Assembly (NCBI RefSeq): GCF_006345805.1 | Contig: NC_043011.1 | Location: 9,362,001 to 9,426,000, forward strand | DNA length: 64,000 nt | Direction: 5' to 3' | From: Octopus sinensis | Lineage: Eukaryota | Shown here: piece by piece, positions 38,573-49,000 of the stretch | Layout of the letters: the number at the start of each line of letters is the position of its first letter | How positions within the stretch are numbered: position 1 is the first letter of the stretch | Program-made: the position numbers and the translations under genes | The notes under the pieces: model-generated | Told to the model about the DNA's origin: nothing | Databases searched by the model: none | What the model saw: only the letters and a program-made list of their open reading frames with translations

Positions 38573-39109
38573 CATGTTTGTCATTTAGTTTTATTTCTAA
38601 ATTTCTTGCCACCTGAGAAAGAACCTAGATCCAAGGCTCCTTCATTAAAATTTCAACAACATCAGCTGTGTAATTTTTTTATGTATGTATACATGTAGAT
38701 TCATATGTTTTATGTATATATTCTCATGCATATACTTACATATCTAGACATGCTCATATATATATTTAAATGACAAACATCTGGAAAGTTTCACAGACTT
38801 TTACAGTTCCAGTGATGGATTGGATCTGTAGTCTTCGAATCAACTTTCTCCTTTCTGGTTTTTGAGAAGCCTAATTTCTCAAGATTGGTATTTAGCCAGT
38901 GTGTTACATACCCCATGGACCCAATAATTGCAAGTATAAACCTGAACTTGTAATATGGATAGAGCAACTCCAGATTTCCCAATAGTTCAGCATAGGTGTT
39001 CTCTTTCTTACTGGTCTTCAGCTTTATGTTACCATCTGCTGAGCACAGTTTCTATTCTCTATCTCAAATCATTATATCAAGTCTATTCCACTAATACTTC
39101 CTTTTCATT

Positions 39110-39345
39110 TTAAGTGGCTATGGCCTCTACCATACTGTGGGTTCTTATTTCTTTGTCTTTAGGGTTATCCTTTTGATGGATTTCATTACAGAGTGTCCTA
39201 GCTACAACATCATGTCTCATCGATAGATAATACCGTGATGACATTTTCAGACAACTGCTTATGATGTGGATAATATCTTCAGTGTTAACTCCACAAAGCC
39301 TGCATTGGTTGTCACATTTTACTACTTTACCTGCATCTCTCTCCC
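39110..39345 (-). mobile_element. R4/Dong-like (RLE-type) non-LTR retrotransposon fragment, CCHC knuckle
   Basis: CRLCGVNTEDIIHIISSC...YYLSMRHDVVA fits the C-x2-C-x8-H-x4-C...RHD motif preceding RLE endonucleases. Confidence 0.75.
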
Positions 39346-39672
39346 TTTTGTGCATCAGGTATTTGGTTGATAAGTGTGTGTCTATGTATGTATGCATGCA
39401 TACATACATGGTTCGAATGTACAGAAAACAAAACACAGAGACAGTCAAGGGAACAAAAAGCAGGTGTATTAGTTTGATGTTCAGGAAAATTGGAAAAGTG
39501 TTTGATGGTTCAAGCCTACGCTGTTAACTGGAAAGGGACAAGAGGGCAAAAATGAAGAGAGAAAACACATCAGAATGAATGGTTCCACTATAAATATATG
39601 TTTATAACTATAATAGATCTTCTGTCGAAAACTGTTGTCCCTAGAATAAAAATTGATAATCTATTGAATATG

Positions 39673-39711
<39 letters not shown>

Positions 39712-41024
39712 TATGGGAAAATAAGAAGAACACGGTCTGTTTATCTGTTTCCTGGTTTCTCTCACTTGAGTGTAGCTACAACTTTGAAATTTTCAGTTAT
39801 GTTCTATCCGTCTTGTAAGGGAGTGCGGAACCAAAGTCAACCAAGCCATAAAGGAACCAAGTACCAGAAGGTATTTTTCTTTGACATACCATTCCTTGTT
39901 TGCATACATACACACCTGACAGGCATCTGTGACTTAAAGCTGAAGTACAAGATACTTCCCTAAGGGGCTGCGCAGTGTTAAACGTTGATATTAACAAGTA
40001 ACCATAATACTTTTATTTTATTAATTTCTCTAAAAGGAACCATGAAAAATGGAATAAAAGCTGTCAGTTATATCCACCCCACTACCAATCACTTAGTCAC
40101 AAGATGTAACCAGTGAAGGATGTATTATTAATGTTTAAGTTGTCAAATAAATTAACAAAAAACATTAATGTGAAACCACAATTCTCATCATTCATCATTA
40201 TCAATCATAAATCTTTATATAAATCATTTATCATTATCAATCATAAATCTTTATATAAATCATTATCTTTATCAATCATTTATATTCAAAAGATTCTGCC
40301 ATGCTCTAATTTTTATTTTCACCAAAGAGGTTATCAATGGATACAACACAGTTTGCTGCTCAATAAAGAAGTGAAATCAATGAAGACAAAATTTTAGGAA
40401 ACTCAATATAAACCATTCCTGCCAACAGTTCTGGAGAGGAATCTTGCAAACAATGATATCACAGATTTGTTTCCTGAGACAGAGAAACAAAACAACAATT
40501 TATGGAAAATACAGCAACAGGACAGTTGATAGTTTATATTCTTTCCTGTTCTGCTTTTATCTGTGTTAGTCTCAGTCTATTCAGCTGTAAGCGTGTACCA
40601 CATTGTGGTGCTACTCACTCTGTTACTGAGCAAAATGGAGCACTACATGCAAACAGTCTTCCACCATGCCACCCATTATGGAATGTCCAAAATAACAGCT
40701 TCTAACAAGAGATTTCTTTTATTAACCTCAGAGCAATCACAGACTGTCTCTTTATTGGAATTTGAACTCAGGACACCAAAGGATATAACACGAGACATTT
40801 AGCCTGACCTTTTATCATTTCTACAGCTTAACAACAACAATAACGATGATGATGGTGACGAGGGCTTCTAATGTAAGCAGTAGAACTCAAATATGGCAGG
40901 GCAGGAGTAACTTCAGAAATTAGCTGATACTTTTTCTCCAACACACAAGGATGAACATTAAAATCTACTTTGGCAGGATTTGAATTTACTCCAGTGGTGT
41001 CCACTACTGCTCTTACTACTATTT

Positions 41025-41213
41025 CCTGAAGTCCCGGTCACTAGTCATTGCCTCGGTGAGACCCGATGTTCGAAGGTCATGCTTCACCACCTCATCCCAG
41101 GTCTTCCTGGGTCTACCTCTTCTACAGGTTCCCTCAGCTGCTAGGGTGTGGCACTTTTTCATACAGCTAACCACATCTATTCTTGCCACATGACCATACC
41201 AGTGCAGTCGTCT
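41025..41213 (-). mobile_element. RTE ORF C-terminal fragment
   Basis: [10 protein letters not shown]...[32 protein letters not shown]. Confidence 0.82.
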
Positions 41214-41218
41214 CTATG

Positions 41219-41269
<51 letters not shown>

Positions 41270-41283
41270 ATATATATATGTAC

Positions 41284-41315
<32 letters not shown>

Positions 41316-41410
41316 GAACATATATATATGTATGTATGTATGTGTAGATATATATGTATGTGCATATATATGTATGTGTATATATATGTATGTGTATATA
41401 TATGCATATA

Positions 41411-42369
41411 TCATCATCATCATCATCGTTTAACGTCCGCTTTCCATGCTAGCATGGGTTGGACGGTTCAACTGGGGTCTGGGGAGCCCGAAGGCTGCAC
41501 CAGGCCAGTCAGATCTGGCAGTGTTTCTACAGCTGGATGCCCTTCCTAACGCCAACCACTCCGAGAGTGTAGCGGGTGATTTTATGTGCCACCGACACAG
41601 GTGCCAGACGAGGCTGGCGAACGGCCACGCTCGGATGGTGTTTTTATGTGCCACCGACACAGGTGCCAGACGAGGCTGGCAGACGGCCACGCTCGGATGG
41701 TGTTTTTATGTGCCACCGACACAGGTGCCAGACGAGGCTGGCAGACGGCCACGCTCGGATGGTGTTTTTATGTGCCACCGACACAGGTGCCAGACGAGGC
41801 TGGCAGACAGCCACGCTCGGACGGTGTTTGTTACGTGCCCACAGCACGGAGGCCAGTCGATGCGGTACTGGCTACGGTCCCGTTCGGATGGTTTTCTTAT
41901 GTGCCACCGGCACTGGTACCACAAGGATACAAATTCCATTGATGTTCATCTATTTTGATTTGGTTTGACTTGATTCGATTTGACTTTGATTTTGATTTGA
42001 CTTGCCTCAACAGGTCTTCACAAGTGTCACAAGCAGGAAGGTATGCACAGGCGGACTGACTACGTCCCAGGTAGGGGCCACGGGTTATGGCTTCACTAGT
42101 CTTGCCGGGTCTTCTCACGCACAGCATACTTCCATAGGTCTCGGTCTCTGGTCATTTCCATGGTGAGACCTAATGTTCGAAGGTCGTGCTTCACCACCTC
42201 GTCCCAGGTTTTCCTGGGTCTACCTCTACCACGGGTTCCCTCAACTGCTAGGGATTGGCACTTTCTCACACACCTATCTTCATCCATTCATCCTATCATC
42301 CTATCTTCATCCTATCATCCTATCTTCATCCTATCATCCTATCTTCATCCATTCATCCTATCTTCATCC

Positions 42370-42371
<2 letters not shown>
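41411..42371 (-). mobile_element. 5'-truncated RTE LINE, young copy with 62-bp minisatellite
   Basis: [37 protein letters not shown], then 3' UTR, terminal block and (GAT)n. Confidence 0.92.
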
Positions 42372-42411
<40 letters not shown>

Positions 42412-42550
42412 ATATATATATGTACATATATATATATGTATATATATATATATATGAACATATATATATGTATGTATGTATGTGTAGATATATATGTATG
42501 TGCATATATATGTATGTGTATATATATGTATGTGTATATATATGCATATA

Positions 42551-43476
42551 TCATCATCATCATCATCGTTTAACGTCCGCTTTCCATGCTAGCATGGGTT
42601 GGACGGTTCAACTGGGGTCTGGGGAGCCCGAAGGCTGCACCAGGCCAGTCAGATCTGGCAGTGTTTCTACAGCTGGATGCCCTTCCTAACGCCAACCACT
42701 CCGAGAGTGTAGCGGGTGATTTTATGTGCCACCGACACAGGTGCCAGACGAGGCTGGCGAACGGCCACGCTCGGATGGTGTTTTTATGTGCCACCGACAC
42801 AGGTGCCAGACGAGGCTGGCAGACGGCCACGCTCGGATGGTGTTTTTATGTGCCACCGACACAGGTGCCAGACGAGGCTGGCAGACGGCCACGCTCGGAT
42901 GGTGTTTTTATGTGCCACCGACACAGGTGCCAGACGAGGCTGGCAGACAGCCACGCTCGGACGGTGTTTGTTACGTGCCCACAGCACGGAGGCCAGTCGA
43001 TGCGGTACTGGCTACGGTCCCGTTCGGATGGTTTTCAATTCCATTGATGTTCATCTATTTTGATTTGGTTTGACTTGATTCGATTTGACTTTGATTTTGA
43101 TTTGACTTGCCTCAACAGGTCTTCACAAGTGTCACAAGCAGGAAGGTATGCACAGGCGGACTGACTACGTCCCAGGTAGGGGCCACGGGTTATGGCTTCA
43201 CTAGTCTTGCCGGGTCTTCTCACGCACAGCATACTTCCATAGGTCTCGGTCTCTGGTCATTTCCATGGTGAGACCTAATGTTCGAAGGTCGTGCTTCACC
43301 ACCTCGTCCCAGGTTTTCCTGGGTCTACCTCTACCACGGGTTCCCTCAACTGCTAGGGATTGGCACTTTCTCACACACCTATCTTCATCCATTCATCCTA
43401 TCATCCTATCTTCATCCTATCATCCTATCTTCATCCTATCATCCTATCTTCATCCATTCATCCTATCTTCATCCAT
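42551..43476 (-). mobile_element. Tandem duplicate of the 41411-42371 RTE copy
   Basis: Identical sequence at offset 1140, and 1105 after a 35-bp deletion. Confidence 0.92.
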
Positions 43477-43504
43477 ATATATAAATATATATATATATGT
43501 ATGT

Positions 43505-43598
<94 letters not shown>

Positions 43599-43606
43599 AG
43601 TATATG

Positions 43607-43670
43607 TATTTTATTTTATTTTATTTTATTTTATCTAGTTTCAGCTGTGGCCATGCTGGGGCACCGCCAT
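43607..43670 (-). mobile_element. Tail-only CR1-like retroposon with (TAAAA)n tail
   Basis: ATGGCGGTGCCCCAGCATGGCCACAGCTGAAACTAGATAAAATAAAA within a TA repeat. Confidence 0.75.
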
Positions 43671-43707
43671 ATGTGTATATATGTATATATATATATATAT
43701 GTATTCT

Positions 43708-44668
43708 CACCCTGAGAGAAGCACCCTGAGAGAAGCACCCTGACAGAAATGCTGGACATAAGAAGCATCAGATGTGGTGTGCAAGAGCGACGCTTGCGAT
43801 GGTATGGTCATGCACTGCGGATGGATGAGGAGCGATGTGTGAAGAAGTGCCACTCCCAAACTGTTGAAGGTATCAGGGGGAGAGGTAGACTCAGGAAGAC
43901 ATGGGATGAGGTAGTCAAGCATGACCTCAGAGCGTTGGGCCTCACTGAGGCGATGGCGAAGGACCGAGATCTCTGGAGATATGCTGTGACTGCAAAGACC
44001 CGGGCTGCTTCCTGCACCAGTTCCGCATAGCCCCTGCCCATTCAAAGTACCCTGGATTCCAGAACATCCTGCTGTGCTTGAGGAGACCTGTTGAGTCATG
44101 AACATGAACATCGAAATAAATATCAATGGAAATAGTAGTTGTGATACCTGTGCCGATGGCACATAAAAAGCACCATCCGAACATGGCTGTTGCCAGCGCC
44201 GCCTCGACTGGCTTCTGTGCCGGTAGCACATAAAAAGCACCATCTGAACGTGGCCGATGCAAGTGCTGCCCCGACTAGCTTCTGTGCCGATGGCACATAA
44301 AAAGCACCGTCCGAACGTGGCCGATGCCAGCGCTGCCTCGACTGGCTCCAGTGCTGGTGGCACATAAAAAGCACCATCCGAACGTGGCCGTTGCCAGCGC
44401 CGCCTTGGCTGGCTTCCGTGCCGGTGGCACGTTAAAAGCACCAACTGATCGTGGCCCGATGCCAGACCCCCCTGGCACCTGTGCAGGTGGCACGTAAAAA
44501 GCACCCACTACACTCGCGGAGTGGTTGGCGTTAGGAAGGGCATCCAGCTGTAGAAACTCTGCCAGATCAGACTGGAGCCTGGTGCAGCCCCTGGCTTCCC
44601 AGACCCCGGTCGAACCATCCAACCCGTGCTAGCACGGAAAACGGACGTTAAACGATGATGATGATGTG
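43708..44668 (+). mobile_element. 5'-truncated RTE LINE with 67-bp hairpin array in the 3' UTR
   Basis: ORF 43749-44030 RCGVQERRLRWYGHALRMDEERCVKKC...GRGRLRKTW, terminal block and (GAT)n tail. Confidence 0.92.
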
Positions 44669-44775
44669 TAGTATATGTATATGTATATATATGTATGTGT
44701 AGTATATATATGTGTATATATATATGTATGTGTATATGTGTGTATATATATATATGTATGTGTGTATATATGTAT

Positions 44776-44812
<37 letters not shown>

Positions 44813-44814
44813 GC

Positions 44815-45190
44815 TCGAACTCAGTACACATATCAACATTACGTCACAATTCCTTTACCTCAACCAGTCCAGCTCCCTTTAATACCATATCAAAATACAT
44901 CAAAACGGAAACGGATCCCATAAAATTCAAACGTTCACAGGACAAATTTCTTCAAAAAATCCCGGACCAACCTCTTACACCTGGATATGTCTCCAACAAT
45001 AATAACCCATTGATATAGTGGGTTGTGGTACCCCATATATGACTAAAAGGCTTCACCAGGAAGTGCTATTGAGTTAGACATGGCCTGAGCCTATACTGGC
45101 TGATACTCATCAGTTATGTATGTATGTATGTATGTATGTATGTATGTATGTATGTATGTATGTATGTATGTATGTATGTATGTATGTATG
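44815..45190 (+). mobile_element. 3' end of a second CR1-like LINE family with (TATG)n tail
   Basis: RHNSFTSTSPAPFNTISKYIK...FKRSQDKFLQKIPDQP...NNNPLI aligns to CNSLGFRGPQLFNILPK...FKTKLDLFLSGVPDEP...SNSL of the 1476 ORF. Tail CATGGCCTG-AGCC-tatact-GGCT. Confidence 0.72.
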
Positions 45191-45450
45191 TACACACCAT
45201 ACTAATCATATCTGTCGGGCATGTGGAAGAGAGTGTAATTCGGCAGGAGGACTTAAACGACATGCAAAGGTACATGAAGCCCAGTTACAACTACAGCCGG
45301 CTATTACCGGTAAAGGTTTTAGTTGCCAATTCTGTACAAGACATTGTAGATCTTTAGCTGGGCTAAAAAGTCACATTCGATCACAGCACCAATAACAGTT
45401 AAGCTTCGTGCAATGGCCATACCCGATAACGAGGGGGCAGCCATAATAAT
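45191..45450 (+). mobile_element. RTE-like LINE 3' end encoding two C2H2 zinc fingers
   Basis: CRACGRECNSAGGLKRHAKVH and CQFCTRHCRSLAGLKSHIRSQH, stop, short 3' UTR ending GCAGCC(ATA)n. No TGEKP linker. Confidence 0.62.
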
Positions 45451-45727
45451 GTATGTATGTATTTATATATGTATGTATATATTTATACATATGTGTGTGA
45501 GCGTTATACTAATACATCTGTTTGTTTTGTACACCACCCGCCTTCATCTTTTGTTTTTTTCATGAACTCTCCCCCTGTATGTATATATATGTGTATATAT
45601 GTATATATTTATATATGTATGTATTTATATATGTGTGTGTATGTATATATGTGTATATACGTATTTATATATGTGTATGTATATATATATGTGTATATAT
45701 ATATGTGTGTGTATATATGTATATATA

Positions 45728-45893
45728 TGAGAGTGAGCCATAAAGTAATGCCATTTTGTTTAGCACAGATATAATTACCAACACAGGAACATGTATCATA
45801 CATCAAAATGAAGCTGGTCCTCTGTGGATCACATCCCTACTTCTCAACATAGTCACCGTTTCTCTCTGTGATGGGGTCGAGAGATGATAGTCC
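45728..45893 (+). mobile_element. Mariner-like left-end fragment
   Basis: TA|TGAGAGTGAGCCATAAAGTAATGCC resembles TA|CGAGGG-type mariner TIRs. No partner TIR seen. Confidence 0.5.
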
Positions 45894-45900
45894 ATATATA

Positions 45901-45981
<81 letters not shown>

Positions 45982-45997
45982 AGATAGATAGATAGAT

Positions 45998-46066
45998 ATT
46001 TTTATTTTTTATTTTATTTTATATAGTTTCAGCTCACGAGCTGTGGCCATGCTGGGGCACCGCCAT
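45998..46066 (-). mobile_element. Tail-only CR1-like retroposon
   Basis: ATGGCGGTGCCCCAGCATGGCCACAGCTCGTGAGCTGAAACTATATAAAATAAAA in a TA/GA repeat. Confidence 0.78.
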
Positions 46067-49000
46067 ATATAGATATATATGGATACACATATATGAATAC
46101 GCATGTGTTTGTGTGTGTATGTATACATATCCTCTTCTTGGAAGAAAACGTGCCACTGAGAACATTGACAAGTTTTTACCAAGTATGGAAGCTGTTCATT
46201 CTTGTGTCCAAATCAGATCAACCACAACTTGTTTGCACTCTTTATTTTCCTTGATTTATTAAACACTATGAAATTTTGTGTCTGTTTTTCACACAGTGAA
46301 GAAAGAGAAATTCTTCTATTAATTTTGTAGCATAAAAATTCTTTTTCTTTTTTTTTAATGAATCTGATTTTAATGAAGTAAATAGCATAATTAAATAAAT
46401 TTAATTACAAGTATTTGCAATTAATGCTTCATGGAGTTCAGTACTTTTATAAATTGTGATTAACTAACAGTTTATTGTAGATGAGAGGGTAACATCATTG
46501 ACCAAATAAATAAACCACATGACAACCAGTTTGACCAATTGCTGACCCTGCATTACGTCAGTGGTCACATGGCTCAGTTCACTTAGCTGAACATAGGTAC
46601 CACATTATAGTGACAATACATTGGTCTAAACAACCACACTGTTAGACATAATTGTTACTTAGCTTGATAACTGACAGTGTTAAGTTAAACTCCTTCAAGG
46701 GATTTGAGGAAAATACCCCATTACTGAATCTCATCCAAGAGATCAACTGTAATCCCTGCCCCACCCCATTGGATCTTGAGACTGGTTCTGATTTTTAACA
46801 ATAGCCTTTTAAAATCAAACTGATCACAGACAAGACATCTACCACAAAAGATCTGACTATCAAAAAGAATAGGGTTTGATAAACAGGAATACATGTTGGT
46901 ACATTCATTGTTATTCATCTCACTTTTTGAGGAACTCTCAGAACTATCTTCCTGTAATGACTTAAAGGTGTTAGTTTTTGTAATAACATGTTATCACTGC
47001 TTTTCCTCTTTGTGTGCAAAGCTTTTCAATATTAAATTTGTGATGAGAATTGTTTGAGAACAGTGTGACAAAACAACTACAACATAAAGACAACAGGCTG
47101 AACGATATCTGTATAATGTATAGAGAGATGTGTAGGGAAAATTACAATGAAATTCACCTGGAAAATTATAAAATTATGTGGAAAATGACAGAATTACATG
47201 AAAGCAACAAAAAAATTAAATATATAAATAAAAACCAATGGTTATCATTAAATAAATAACAAATATGAGGAAAGATTTTAATGATTGATAGTAAAGTGTT
47301 TAAATTAGTGTATACAAACTAGAGAGAAGAGACTCTGACATATGATTGGAGGGGATTAGCAGTGGATTAGAGGATTAGCAGATATTTAAAGTGGATTGTG
47401 AATAAAAATAATTTAGAACAAACAGAAAACCAGGAAATGTTTGTGATGGAGAAATTAGAGGTTTTATAGCAAAAGCAAAATATTAATAATGGCTAATGAC
47501 ACTGCTGTTGCTAATGATTACAAATACACACAGGCACACATATCTTTATATATATATATTTCATGCAGATAAAGATTCTGTGTGTGTGTGTGTGTGTATG
47601 TATATATATATATGTATGTATGTATATATATGTATGTATATATGCACAGACACATGCTAAACATAACCACACACACAACATACATGATGTATATTAAAGA
47701 ACATAACAAGAACAAGAAACTCAAAGAAACAACAGTGAAGCCTCACTCCTGAATGAATAAATTACGTCCACTTTGTGTATTGAGTACTATTTTCTCTCAT
47801 TTACTTATCCAAGCATGTAAGTGTGGTGTACGTACATACTTACACACATGAACACACCCTCTCACAATACACATTTATGTGTGTGTATATATGTGTGAGT
47901 GTGTGTATGTGTGTATTTGTGTGCGCACGCACATCAGCTTTTAACTTTTCATGTGATTCCTGACGAAGTGTTTTGATTTATTCATGTTTGAAAACAATGA
48001 CGACAACAGCAATATTACAAACATCAAAGCCACACCCATCACCACCATCAACAACAACAACAACAACAACAACAACATTGAAAGACGAGCTGATGGAGGC
48101 AACTATTAAAATTAAACTGTAGAATTTAAAATTTGAAAGTCTGTGAATCAACATTACTGATAACAATGTTGGCTGTTGAGGCAGATAACAATCTCTTGCA
48201 AAACAGAAAGAAATATCGAATCGCAAGTTAGTCTTTCAAATTGAAGTTAGCAGTGTTGATCTAGATTACAAATTTAGTAATTAAATATATTTTTGCTATC
48301 AAGTTTTGAATCAGTTAATATTTATTTCATATTTATTTCATTGTTGTCAAAAATATCAGTAAATAACTGATAATTAGGTCAATAGAAATATTTATAATTA
48401 TTTGTTAAAATTGTTTATTTCAAATTTATTAAAAAAAAGCTTGAAAATATTTGATTTTTATTTCTATTCTATCTTTTTATTTTCATGTGTTTGAAAAAAA
48501 AATACCACAAGAATCTAAAAATGCCGAAATAGATGTCTACAACATTGAATATTATTTATTTAATTTAGTACAAACTAATGAATTCATTTATTCTTTAATC
48601 TAGTTATAGAAGCAGAACAAAAGTCACTAATTATCCCATCCGATGCTCTAAGAATTCCATTAAGCCGCTTCTGCCTTGAACTGGGGCTTTATTAACTCCA
48701 ATCCAGGATGAAACAGTTGATCTTGCTGGGATTTGAACTCACAATGCAAGAAATCAGAACATGTACTGCAATGCATTTTACCCTCAAGATGTTGTTTATG
48801 CAGCTTCCCTGGCCAATGAGTGCCCACATGGTTATTAATTTATCAGAAATAGCTGCAAAATCGCCTGACAAAGGAAGGACTCATTGGATAATGTAGATAA
48901 ACTGAATAAAAGACAGAAATGTCAATAATAGAACATCAGGGATCTGTGGATTGACCAGGGGTCAGTGCTAGAACACTGACTGTGGGCTAATAGCTGGCCT

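Noticed and set aside
40185-40275. About 36-bp AT-rich tandem duplication (FIIINHKSLYKS twice in ORF 40113-40397)
   Set aside because: Simple local slippage in low-complexity DNA; no evidence of coding.
44160-44175. GGTGCTTTT on the reverse strand resembling the end of a Cas9 tracrRNA/sgRNA scaffold
   Set aside because: Only about 9 nt match and the rest of the scaffold is absent; chance similarity.
41576-44622. ORFs with repeating MCHRHRCQ/CATDTGARRG/VPPTQVP and a possible CRISPR array
   Set aside because: They come from 62- and 67-bp tandem units read through three frames. Spacers are homologous to each other, there are no cas genes, and the context is a eukaryotic RTE UTR.
45120-45395. 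Stand-alone C2H2 zinc-finger gene
   Set aside because: The start Met is in (TATG)n, there is no TGEKP linker or splice acceptor, and a retroposon-like tail follows. Better explained as an RTE C-terminus.
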